Below are positions 1 through 13,100 of a stretch of 64,000 nucleotides of DNA, piece after piece. The translations under genes and the position numbers were made by a program. The notes under the pieces are model-generated. The model saw only the letters and a list, made by a program, of their open reading frames with translations, did no database searches and was not told the origin of the DNA. Source of the stretch: Lepidodermella squamata (taxonomy: Eukaryota; Animalia; Gastrotricha); assembly GCA_047495785.1 (NCBI GenBank), contig JBLDXI010000040.1:322184-386183 (forward strand), in the 5' to 3' direction. Every line of letters begins with the position of its first letter. Positions within the stretch are counted from its first letter, which is position 1.

Positions 1-2693
1 TTAACTGACTTCAGCATCAACGCGACGATTTATTCGCACGAAGGCTCCGCCTATTCTTTTACTTCCGTGTATGTCACGAACGAAAATGCTCTGATACCAA
101 GTCCATCTGCAGCAAGTTTGTTGTACTGGCATTTCATACTGCATTGCGACCATTTATTTTGTGCTCAGGTTTCAACATCGACTACGCTAAAGCACGGGGC
201 GTGATGACCGATTTTGGGTACGATGCCAATGGCCCTGTTTTTAATGTTGGCGCAATGGGCAAATATAATTACAACCCTGGCACTTATACGAGAATTAACA
301 CGCGTTACCACGTCGGCATAGTCGTGCGCAACGGCACACTATGGGTTGAAAATAGCGAAATCCCCCTCGCCCGTACAACCTTTTACTCTGTTTCAGGTCG
401 ACCAATGTACGACGACTAGTTGTATTTCAGCACACTCAGCTGTTCCGGGTAACACCTTCCCAATTTCAGGCGAGCGTGCCTACGTAGGCGTATGTGCTGC
501 GGGCAACAACGTCGACGTCGTTGACCTGCGAGTGTATTCGCTCATGAAATGTCCTGTTACCTGCATCCGCGGCTACTGTGCCCCTGGACCGAATGGCGGG
601 CCCAATCAGTGCTACTGCAAACAAGGCTGGATGGGTGTTGATTGTTCTAAAAGTGAGCCGTAACAATAATAAGCATTTTTTGGATCCCAGACCTTACGAA
701 TTTTCAGAAATTTGTCCGTGTACAAATGGAGGAACGTGTATCGGACCAGGCATTTGCAAGTGTCCCAAGGGACGTACTGGAGATGACTGCAGCGAGAAGG
801 GTACTTAGACTAGGAAAATGTATTTTCAATACAAATTTCTTCCATAATAGCTAGCCCTCAGTTTTATCTACCCGAAAATTGCGGAAAAGGCTTCCGGTTG
901 ATCAAAGCAGACACTTTTCAAGAAATCATCGGCATTGACTTGAAATCCTGCCTGTATACGTGTTACAGAAGTGGCGGTTATCGATGCCGCTCCGCCTCTT
1001 ATAATCCATCGAATTCAACGTGCTGGCTGAACACCGGGCACACGAACGAGCTGTGGGAGGGTCTGGAGGCCGCTCCAGGGTGGTTTTACTACCACTTGGT
1101 ATGATCTTTCACAGGAGATGCTGGATGTCGAAACTTCGATATTTCACTCACAGGAGGCAGATGAGACTCCGATTTGCAGGGCTAACACTTACACTGGTAA
1201 AGTCAGTTAGAGATTAGTAGACTGTCAACACGTCATTTTCTTCGATAGATTGTACGCTGGTGACGCGGCTCGGCTTGGGCCCCGGCAGATATCGATTTCA
1301 AGCTGACATTGGCGATAAATCGTTCGAAGCTGATTGTATCTATCTGCCTAACAGCGTTTGCAACGCGACTTGCATTGGTGGCCTACTTAAGCCTACGGAG
1401 AGTAATTTTTCCATCTGATGACTCATTTTAATCTCCAACGACTTTTTATCAGTGGTAATGGTATTTCATCGCCGAACCGGTATAGGTCTTTAAAATCTCA
1501 TAATGTCTAATTATAATAAAAGTCATTATTTTAGGGTTAGTCGACTGGAATTACGGAAAAATGATGTACCAAGACTATAAATGGGGTAAGATCGAATTGA
1601 TCCAATAATGGCTATAGAATTACCTTAAATCTTGCTCCAGGATTCGGGTCGAAAACCAACTCAACGCAATGGCTCGGTTTGGAATGGGCCAACCGCTTAA
1701 TATCGAACTATTTGATTGCAACTTCAGCGGACAAGACAAACTGCTTGAAAGTGGAACCTCTCAACAGCACTACGTCATTTCTTGTTATTTCGAACCCAAC
1801 CAGCAATGCCGCGTGTTCTCGCTTTGTTTCTAGGCAAGGCAAGGTGAGGATTCAGATAAATTGCCGATCTTACAACTTGATCATTACATCTTTTCGCAAG
1901 CTATTCCTGAAAAGTCGATCCGTATGCTTGTGTCACGATGCTATGACTGATTATGTGGTCACATGTGGTTGCAACTACTACCTGTCGCGAAAATTCTACT
2001 TCGACGAGTACATCAGCCGTGTCGTTGAACGCTACGACCCACCTTGGTCTGACGGAACTCGCAGATGGTCCGGCAATGGGCAAATCAGAACGCCTGTTTC
2101 TGCTACTCCGGCTAAAACATACGATGACGGTCTAGCTTTGGTTAAAATCCCATGTAAGTGGACCTATATGACTTTCAACTTGCTGCACATTCAGCTTTTT
2201 CTATGACAGCAACTTGGTCCATCCTTATGCAAATGGAATCATTAGCCGGTAGAATGGGCGGCTTGGTTTTCAAGGATTGTTATCTCGACAACGAAATCAA
2301 TAGCTATAGAATTGCCTGTGCCTCCACATCGAATGTTAGTTTCACATTTCCAAAGGAAAACAAAAACAAAAACTCTCACTGCTGTTTTTCAGTCACAGTC
2401 AACTTACGCGCCAAGTGGAATGACCAGTGGAGCCTTGGCTCTAGAACTGCCTTTCTTAGCCCAGGACCGGCCGTCCAACTCGGCGACATTCGGCGGAGGT
2501 TCCTGGATGACTAACAACACGCTCACTGGCTTGGTGTGTTTCACTTGCATGACACCGTGAGCTTTTCAGCAAGCGAGAGGTGGTTGTGACCTTGTGATAC
2601 TGTTTTATCAGTGATTCCTATGGGATAAATGGCTTTTCAACGGCGAGCAACTACAGCGGAGCTTCGTTGATTGTGCTGCACACATTGGCCTGA
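1..2693 (+). CDS. 5'-truncated multi-exon gene: EGF-EGF-PAN/apple-fibrinogen C-terminal (FReD) domain protein
   Basis: Short GT-AG introns (e.g. 116-168, 346-396). Spliced translation has EGF repeats (CIRGYCAPGPNGGPNQCYCKQGWMGVDC; CTNGGTCIGPGICKCPKGRTGDDC), a PAN-like stretch (CLYTC..CRSASYNPSNSTCWLN) and FReD-like motifs (YTDC..GLGPGRYRF..FEADC; VFHRRTG..VDW..YKWGFGS..QWLGLE; YLDNEINSYRI; FLAQDRPSN..GGGSW). Stop TGA at 2691-2693. Confidence 0.75.
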
Positions 2694-4163
2694 TCAAATA
2701 CCTAACCCTGCAAGCAATGAATAAGATTATAAAAGAGCTATCGAGCTCAACTGCGTGCCAAGCGAGAGCGAAGCCTATAAATATCTTTCACGTAGCTTGA
2801 ACTAATCATATCTTCTCATTTCTGCTATAACCTATAACTCTGATCTGGGATGAAACAAATAGATTTCCGATTTTCGTGCTTGAACCGGATTCCGCGACTC
2901 CATTTTCTGCATCACCTATATTTAAGATTGGGTTTGCAGGGGTTTTTGAATCATACATCGCAATTTCATTTTTCATTCCGTAACATAAATCAACATTTCT
3001 GATAAAAGTTCGGGTGAGGTTGGGTTTGTCGTAATAGGTCAAGGTTTCTAGGGTTAGGTTATTTTTAGAGCGAGGCATTATAAAGATATTCTTTCCCAGA
3101 AACCTGGAGAACAATGAAAGGTCGCGGAATCTGGGTATATTCATGTATACCACTTGTGGTATAATTATATTACAGTGAACCAAATTAGTTTGAGCTTTGC
3201 TTTCCCTTGCTTTGCTTACAATTTTAAATTATTTCTTTCACCGCTGATTAAAGCTGTGTGTGATTACTGAATGCTGAATGGGCGAAGAAAATATACTCCA
3301 AGCCTATTTTCTGATATATTTTTCTTTCGGTGAGTAATAAAATTTTATGTAGGCCTGAAATCTGTTGTAATACCTATACATATTTCGTAGCGATGGGGAC
3401 AAATTGGTGTGGTGAAATGACATGTGACATTACATGCAAGCTCGCCCTAGGTAGGGCTGGGTGTGTATGGTAAAATACGCAGCAGAAATCAGTTAGTGAA
3501 CGGGAGCAGTATGTCTTTTCCTGTATGTGTATGTGATCACTCGCCTGAGAATGAGAAAAGAAAGACACGAGTTTGTGGGAAGATCTGTACCTACAATTTT
3601 CAGATTGCCCATATACTCAAGGTTTTTTACCTTATACCGCCTTTGTTTTTGTATGCCAAAGTGGCCCCGAAACAAGATGCGGCTTCTTCCGAACTCCAAC
3701 AGGTCATCATTTGAAAGCGGATGTCGAAACAAGAGACAATTCTGAATTGATCCATTTTTTATTTCAAGCATATCACGTATTCAGTTGATTTCAATTAGTA
3801 TGACAATAAATATAATATAGTAATCTATCATTTTCAATTATTACTATGGAGATGAGAGGTTATTATCAATACAGGTATTACATTATTATTATTACTGTCG
3901 CTGAAATTTCACAAAAAAAGCGAGAGGAGCAAAGCGAAGCGGAATGTTGTATGCGACACTAGATCGACCAAAAAAACGACATCAAGCAAAAATTTGTAAA
4001 AACGCAACAAATTAAGAAAAATCGCGATTATTATACTGCATAACATTATAAAATGAGATCGAGCATGTACTGCATATGAAAAGCTGTATATAATGCTAAT
4101 TTTTATTATTGTAGCAAATTATTTAAGGTGGAAAACCACAACAAGTGCCCGTGCAAAACTGCT

Positions 4164-7100
4164 TCAACTTTTCGTCGGCGCAACAACGATATTTTTATCC
4201 GGAAGCGGTGTGGTGCGATTGGCGGCGTAACTGCGCGGCGGTTTCGCGTCTGTCATGCCGTATCCACGTTGTAAATTCGACCGAACCTGATGCAAAACCT
4301 CCTCGTGGCTCGACAATTTACTGTAAATCGACGTTTCAGCAACCTCTTTCGCGCGATTTCGCTGCTCGAGCCTATCCTGCATAGCGCGTAACAGCCGCTC
4401 AGCCGCCTCGTATTTACCCTTCCAATTCGTGACCTGATCAATCAGCTGCGTGTTCTCACTCAACAGTTCAACATCTACAAATTTGCCTCTTGCATTTGTG
4501 GGTGGGAGTTGGTTTATTGAAAATTGCTGTGTTAATTGTTTCTGCTGGTTCAGGCAAACTCGTAACTCACTCGCTGATAGCTGCAGCTCTTTCAAATGCA
4601 ACGCCTCTGATGCGGCAAGGGCCTGAACTGCTGGCGATGATGGCCCATGTGTTTGTTGCTGCTGGTGGACTAAAACTGCTAGACGGGCTTTAACCTTATT
4701 TTCGAGGCTACGCAGCACCGAAAAACTCTCCTCGATTTCGCGTTTTAAATGTTCAAATTCCTCAAGCCGGCCTACTGCGAATAGCGTACCGGCTGATGCG
4801 CTGCTTTGAAGGTTGCGCACGTCAGAACTTGAACTTCTCGCGTTCACTGGTGAGGTTGAAATTGGGGAGGTGGCGGCGTTTTGCCCGCGGGATCTGTGAT
4901 TCCCGCTGTATGATGTGTTAATGCGTTTGTTTTGCTGTTGTTGTTCGTGTTGCTGTGATGTGGATGAGTTAAGGTTGTGTAAGGCCTCAGTTGAGCCGTA
5001 TGTCCTCCGCGCGAAGCTTGACGAGTAAAGGTTAGAGCTGTTTGTTGATGTAACGTGTTGGTGGTGGTAATGTTCAGGTGGGGAGTAGTTTCTGACCGGT
5101 GAGACAGATAGTCTCGAGCAGGATCCTACTCGTTCCATTGATCCTAAAAATTGGAAAAACACGATTAATCAAGGGTTAATCTAAAATTAAGAGATAAAAT
5201 CGAAAAAATTTCAAAGTTTCAGGTCAAGTCAGTTCATAGGGGCTCAGTTTTTGCTGTTTTACAGAGACTTTAAAAATATGTCGTATTTTCCTAAAACGCC
5301 CTCTGGGATCGGAATTGTGCTGATTTTCGAAACAACATTAAGCATTATGTGGAACCAAAATTGCGATGGTAAATGAGCCAGCTGAGAAAATTTGAAAGTT
5401 TCTAGCATTATATCGAGAATAATCAGAATTTGAATAAATTATTAAAATTTAAAAAGATAAAATTTAATTTATTACAAAAACGACTTCCTTGCAGCCAAAA
5501 ATTGGTTCCGTGAATTAGGATTTTTCCGGAGCAAAATCATGGAGAAAATCAGCTCAAATTAATTTGAACACTACTTTCGATGGCACCCCATTCCCAAGGT
5601 TATAATTTATTCCATTCAACCAAATAAGCCGGAAAATTCTAAAAAAGGCTTTTAAATAGAATTGTTAAATAATAAGCATTTTGGATTTAAAAAAATGTAG
5701 GAGAAATATTTCAGTACCGTAATTTATCGAATAGTATCCAACCTCAAATAATAGAAAAAATCGTTATAACTCATCCTAGATGAAAATTTCTGAAACAAAT
5801 TTTTAAAATTCGCCGGAATTCTGAACGGTCTGATTTAAGAGCAATTAACTAAAGAACCAAGGAATTAAGAATTACTAAAACTGATGACGGAAATCTCAAT
5901 TTTGTACCAATTCTTTCATAACGAGATACAATGATTTAGAGCCAAAATGATGGCCTGTTTCCAGAAAAAACCATTGGGCTTACTGTGAAAATAAGGTATA
6001 TTTAGCAAAATAGCTCTAAAAACATTAGAAAAATACATGTAAGTGAGCTATTTTTTCCACTCAAATACACAAATATTTACGCATCATTCCACTCATTTCC
6101 GGTTTTTTCATGACTGAATAGCCTCAAATAAGTAATGCATACACGAATTGAAATCGAGAACGGCCTAATTCTTACAATTTTCAAACTTTTCGAAATTTCT
6201 ATAAAATTGAAAAATGTCTAAAATATGCAAAAAATCTTACCAAGTTTGTCATTGCCCAATTTCGCATTTCTCGAGTTGCTTTTGCTGACACTGAGATTAT
6301 CGTTGTACTCGGCCACGCTCGGCGCTCCGTCAGAACCAGGCGGCGAATTCAACTCCATCCGGCCATTATTATTGCCACTAGACAGCGCATGGCCTTGCCG
6401 CTCCAGCGACGAATCACTCGCGATGTGAAGCGGCCTGGCCGTAGACGAAAGCGCAGCCTCCGAGCTGGACGACGCTAAATTCGGCCCAGCGACCTGCTCC
6501 TCGAGTTTCGACTTCAACGCCGAATTGGTTTGAATCGCGCGTTGCAGCTGGTCTTTCAGCGTTTGAATTTCAGCGAATAACTCGCTCATTTCAAATTTCG
6601 CCTGCTGCGAATCGGCGGCCGCGCTGCTGACTGCTGTTTGCGACGGCTGCGGATGTTGCTTTTGATGATGGGCGGATGGCGCTGCGCTGTTGTTGTTATT
6701 GTTATTATTATTATTTTGGGGCGGTGATGTGTTGTTATTCGATGAGTTAATACTACTGCAATTGCAGTGACGGCATGGCGATACGCTCTCAGCTCTTCGG
6801 CCACCTAGTGAAATAGAAAAAAAAATGGAAAAATTATAATATTATTATTAGGTATATGCGAAATTTGACGGGGTAAAAATTGCTGAATAAATAATTTGAC
6901 AGGCTGGAGAGCTTAGGTAAACAAATCATCATATTATAATGCGATACGATACGATAAGAGAAATCGATTACAATTAAATTTATAGAAAAATTAGGAAAAA
7001 AAATAAGAAGAAATTCATTTTTCGAATAATTTTGAAAATCTTCTCGAAATCTTGCGGAATTCTTAACTTAATTAATTTTAAAAATTGAAATTCAGGGCTC

Positions 7101-10100
7101 AAGAAAAATTTGTGCAAAAAATGCTGATTAATGTGGGTTTGGCAAATATGGCGAGTAAATTTCAATTTTTTCATGATTAAAACCTCACTGCCAACTACCG
7201 TAAACTACAGTATAGAGGCCGCGGCGATTAATTTTCCTGATTTTTCAGAAAGGGGTGAAAAATGCGGCGATTATTCAGGTGCGGCGATTATTCGAGTGCG
7301 GCCTTTATTATCTTGAATTTTCAGCCGTCACGCTGAACTAGCAGTTTATTCACTATTAACGGGTGTAACAGGTGCGGATTTTAGCAGGCGGATTTTACTG
7401 TAATCAAGATGCGATGCGATGCAGCTAGCGCGATGAGTTTACATATTCGCTAAGAAGTGCGGATAATCCGTCTACTCGGAGTCACCCCAGGTGTTTCATT
7501 GAGGGTGACTGCTAATCGCTATTAAGGAGTGCGGCGATTATTCGCGCGCGGCCTTTATTATTGCCAAATTGTTGAAAATGGGGTGTTTTTGCGGGGATTA
7601 TTCGCGCGCGGCCTTTATTATTGCCAAATTGTTGAAAATGGGGTGTTTTTGCGGGGATTATTCGAGTGCGGCCTTTATTTAGGATGCGGCCTTTATACTG
7701 TAGTTTACGGTATTTTTTATTCAAGATAGATCCATACGAAAACAGCGAAAACTTTTGTAAGAATGTTGGCAGGAGTTCACAATTTCAAGGTCAACCGGAC
7801 TTCAAATATTGATTTAAATTAACAGAAAGAGCCATCCGAGAGCGAAAATGAAGGTAAGAAACCGATTTAATCGAAGTATAAATAGGATAAACTACTTAGC
7901 TTCCTGGGCGAGAAGAAACACTGTTTAGAATCGAAAAAATCGAATTTCAATTTTTGGAGTAATAAATTATCGAATAAATCAAATTCGATCCGAAGTTCGA
8001 AGCGAGATAGAAATGACTTCTATTTTGTTTGAAAAAGAAATGTTGAAAAATTCGAGTACCACTTGGTTGATGTTGATTAGTAAGAGAATAATTCAAAAAA
8101 ATCTGGATTCGATGTTTTCAAATCGAGATTAGTCGTCACATTTGGAACCAGTAAACATTGGCAATAGCAAATTTTGAGAATATTAGGTCATTTCAGAGCT
8201 CTTCAATGAATTCTCAAGAAGGGTCAGTTTGGAGATTTTTCGAAGCGGCACTTCAGTACTTCGGCACTTTCAGGAATTCGGCATAATTAGTAAAAAAATT
8301 CCGCCCTGGTCAACTCTTGTCTAAAAGCATTGCTCGTAGAGTTCAAATCGGAAAATTGATACATAAAAAACGACCCCAGGGAAATAAATCAAAGCTAGAC
8401 TAAAAAACGATGAAAATGCGATTAAATGAGACCATATTAAAATGGGACAGCTCCAAATTTGGATTGAAATAGCGATTTTTTGAGCGCAACTGGTGATTTT
8501 GAGACGAGGTAGGGACATTATTCTAGTATATTATATTTTCGACCGAAAATTGGGCAGAATAAATTAGGAATAATGTAGGTATACCTGGGTGGTGGGTGGT
8601 CGCTCAAGAAAAGCGCTACCGGCCGCGGAGAGTCAGCTCATCAAACAACAAACACGCTGGTTCGGCGATGCGGTGCGGTGCGTCATCGTTTTGCAATAAT
8701 AAGCATAAAATATTAAGGCGGACGGCTAGTACAGTTAAAGTCCTACCTTGCACGCGCAAACAACAAACAACACACGGAGACAAGCTATTTAAATAGTAAT
8801 AATCGTCATTTATAACATGCAAAATCGAACAGTGATATATAGCAGATGCCACTCCGCCTTAAAAATCGGTATAATAATATAGTATAGGACTAGCCGTGAT
8901 CATTTTGTATGCAAAATATTGACGTGTCACAGGGCGAGTGTTTATCTAGGCGATAATACGGCTACTTGCGGCCAGGCAGCGTGGCTGCAGCGATCAGCCC
9001 GGCCCGCCTGCGACGCACCGGTAGGTAAACAAAATACAGCCGGTATTACCACTGCCACCGGCGGCTACTTACTCAATATTCGATTTTTGCCATGGTAGTA
9101 TATTATGTTAAATTTTTGGCGGTTATTTACGCGCGGGGAAAATTAACTTAATTAGCAATAAATAGGCCTTATTTTGATGTTTATGCCTTTCGATCACTTG
9201 AAAATATCAAGAAAATTACCGGTGCAGACGATAAACATTATAATACCGTCATTTATTGACTCTGGACGAAAGTTTCCAACTTCTAGCCTATACACATTTT
9301 ACTAATTGAAATAGGATTAAAAATATGAGAGAAAAATCAGCGAACGAGTAAAAATTAAAAAATTCTGCATATATTCAATTTTCCAAATTTTACAGATTCT
9401 CATCGGTGAGAAGCAAAATTTAGAAAAAAATACCACAAAAATCAGGAGATTTTCGTGGGTATCAGACACTTTTCGGATGCTATTTTCAGATTTAGTGAAC
9501 AGATTTAATGGTTTTCGACTTGATGTTAAGGAAAAATTCCGATCAAAACAAAAAAGTTGGAAGTTAACGAAAATAGCGTGATGGGTCTATTACTTATATG
9601 GGTCATTACCAAAATAAAAAATAAACAAGATAACCCATAATAAAACCCATAAGAAGTTGCTCATCACCTGAGAATTCGCGCTCGCAATGATTTTAATAAA
9701 TAATCAAAAATGCAACATATAATTTTTTGTAAATATTTTGAATGCGGCCTCAAATAGGTTCGAAAATGGGTTCGACTAGTTTATAAAAAAACGGACAAAA
9801 ATATATCAAGATCGCACAAAGAAAATTAGTTCAGATCATTTCAAACCGGATTAGGAAATACAAATTCCGGGACAATTGCCCGATTCACAAGTGACTTGAT
9901 CAGGTAGATGCTCAAATTTCTCGCCAATTTCTCTATAAAGGTGGCCCTTCACATGCTAAAGCCGACCACAAATTTGACCGCCAAAAGATCCCAAGAAATG
10001 ATGAAAATATTGAAATTTTAATGAACGAAGGGAAAATAGCGCTTATTCGGAGTGAAATTTCGTAAAGTTTCACTTTTTTGAGAGTAAAAATTCAGTTTTT

Positions 10101-13100
10101 CTATAATATACCAGAATCTCATTATGACGATATCGGCGCAGAAGTTAATTATAGGCAAATAAAAATGAGCAGGTAATTTTTAACAAGTGCCTACCTTGAA
10201 TTGCGTTGCTGTTTGTTTTACTCCCACCCCCACCACTATTGGTGTTGTTTGCATTATTCGAGTGTTGGTGTTGGTGCTGGTGGTGGGATGGCTTAGAGCC
10301 AGTTCGGCGAATGAACCGCCGTTCGAGGGCGCGCACGTTGTCCTCGAGCGCGGCCGCGTCGCCGATGGCGCTCGTTAGCCGGCTGCCGAGCGTGCGCAGC
10401 GTCTTCAGGTCGCCAATTAGCGACGACTCGGACTCGCTGCTGTTCGGCGAATCAGACGACGCCATCATGAAGCGATCGTTCAACGGCTGAAGTCTAAAAT
10501 AAATAGTATACAAAAATTATTAGAAAATAATGCAAGGAGCATAATACAAAAATAATTATGAAAAATTCTTAATCAAGTTTAATATTTGGGGACTTTAAAA
10601 ATTGAATATAAAATCATCGTCAACCGCAAAAATTTCGGTCACATTTTAAGGAGAGCAAATTCATGACAAATGCAAGCGATAAGTGGAAACGAGTGACAGC
10701 GCGGTGAGAGCTGTTGATGTTAACTGAATTATTAATATCAGCTATTTTCGGCGGTTCGACGGCTATGGATAGAGCGTGCCGGAATAATGCGGCCAGAGAC
10801 CGAAAGTCGAATAAGTAATCGAGTAGAATTTGTTTATGGGCGAATTGAGTTTGCTTATTGCTATGCTTTTCAGGCACAATTTTTGAAGACGAAATCGTTC
10901 CAATCATCTCGTTAAAATTCATAACTTCCACCGTGGCCAACAAACTTTTCCTTTCGCCAAACCAAATTTCAAAATTTTGATAAAAATGAATACTTAAAAT
11001 GCTTCAGTGATTCAGATAAATTACGAGTAAATCAAATTGATCGATAATTTTCTAAAAATATTCCTAATCACTCGGCCTAATAACCGACTCGATCTAAACA
11101 TGGGAAAAAAAATTGAAAATCGTCCAACTTTAAGGAGGACGCATTTAGCTGAGAATATAGGATGACATGGCTACCTTTCAAAAGAAATAAAATAATCCGA
11201 GTAAAAATTCGATATCAAAGTTAAAATATCGATAATTACCTACCATAGGGTTTTGCTCCGATAAATTTATTCGGTGAAATGATGAGTGGATAAAAAAAAT
11301 TGAAAATTCAATTAAAACTCGGAGGAATCATCGAATTCGAATTTAGGCGCATTTTGTATTATATTAATTTTCTTGAAATTTTTGAAATTATTTATTGTTG
11401 TATCACAACCACCGAATCTACAACATAGCTTTTGGCTGGACTAAAAATTGTTGAGGCGCGCGATTAGGTAGATTCGGTGGTTGTGATACAGAATTAAAAT
11501 AATTTCCAAGAATTTCAAGAAAATTAATATAATGCAGAAATGCGCCTAAATGGCTAATGGGATAAAGACAAATTTTCTCAGAGGGATGCCGCCGGCATCA
11601 TGCCGGAAACTCGGAAAATTATAATCAATGTCATACAATGAAAAATTTCGAAAAAATTAAAATAACGCCTAAAAAATTCACGCAATGTTTTTTTACAAGA
11701 AATTATCTTCGTATCTTTAAATATTTTAGCTTAACAACTTATTTCAGCGACAATAAGCTCAATTTCGTGATGTTTTGAAAAAATTGAAAAATTAAGGTGG
11801 AAATTACGAAAATTGTCAAACCTAGCAGTGATGATAGCTTCGTAGATTTTCTGCTCAGTGAACAGCGACGAGCCAACAGAGCGAAGGCGGCCGAGGCGTT
11901 TCCACAATTTCGGCAAATACTTGAAATAAAACACGCCGCAACAAATTAGGCCAACATAACAAATTGCTGCGATCACTCACCTTTTGCAAATCGCCGATAG
12001 GTTCATAGTCACCCGTTGTAGTAGTTGCCGGCTGATCTCTCCGCATAGTTACAACACTGGACGATCGAGATAGTGTAGTAGTAGTAGTCGTCGTAGTCCG
12101 GCCAGGTCCGACTTGGCTAGCATTAGATCGAGATCTCAGGCTGTTGTTGCTGCTGGTGCCTGGTTTCCGCTGCTCGCGTTGATTTCCGCTGCGCAAATCA
12201 GCGACCAGTTGCTCGATAACGCGTTCTTTGTGCTCGATAGCGTGCCTAAACTCGGCATCCAACACGGAGCAGCGCGCGCAAATCGAAAGCAAACTTCCGG
12301 CCGCCAGCTCGCTTTGAGCCGCGTTCGTTTTAACAACGCAACGGAAGTCCCTCTTCAACCGCCGATATTTGTCTCGATACGCCTCGCAATTGCCACATTT
12401 ATTTTCACTCAAAACAACAGCAACAGGCGGCGATGTCGCATTATTACCCAACTCCAATCGATCACGCTCCGAGCAGGCGAGCGCGATTTCGCCGTTCAAA
12501 AATCGATGCGAGACTTCGAGAACGGCGATTCGCCGCTTCAACACGCCTAGGTTATCGCCGGCCTGGTCGCACGTCTTCAACGCGGCTTCCAACTCGTCGA
12601 TTTTAGCCCGTAGCGCTGTTTCATCGTCCGATAATTGCAGGATATTTAGCAATTTCAGGAAATATTCCGTCAATTCTAGCCCGTCGAATTGCGTGAAATT
12701 TTCCGTTTTTTCATTTTCTAGCTGCTCGGTTTGAATTGTGGCGTTGTGTTTCAGGTCGCCTATTAGGGCTTTGAATTCATCGGTGACCTAGCGTTAAGAA
12801 AATATATAGCCACTTGAAGATTTCAAATGTCTCAATGACGTGAACTTTGCAACACTCATCGCGTTAATTTGACAACAAAATTGTGAATACCCGCACTTAA
12901 AAGTGACACCTTGATCAATAAAACACGTAATTACGCTGTTTTAGAAGCTCAAGGCATCAAGTAATCAAAAGTATGTGAGTTTAAATGAGTTCAATTTAAT
13001 TGAAATTTTAATTGGAAATTTCGAAAATTTATTAAATTAAGTTGATAGTTAATGAAAAACTGGGCCCAACCGATTATTTTACCAAAAAATACCAAACCAG

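Noticed and set aside
2806-3790. Short ORFs between the FReD gene and cnn
   Set aside because: No recognisable motifs and no consistent splice model.
6586-6804. Apparent frameshift between overlapping ORFs in cnn
   Set aside because: The phase-1 frame (GRRAESVSPCRHC..) is open and continuous with MSELFAE; this is an ORF-caller artefact.
7530-7690. CRISPR-like regularly spaced repeats (also 20245-20570 and 49416-49510)
   Set aside because: The spacers are identical or absent, the context is eukaryotic, and there are no cas genes; these are transposon-type tandem repeats.
11731-11976. ORF resembling a tail-anchor transmembrane segment (IAAICYVGLICCGVFYF) in cnn
   Set aside because: The hydrophobic part falls in a 61-bp GT-AG intron (11980-11920); the exon 11919-11822 is phase-compatible without it.
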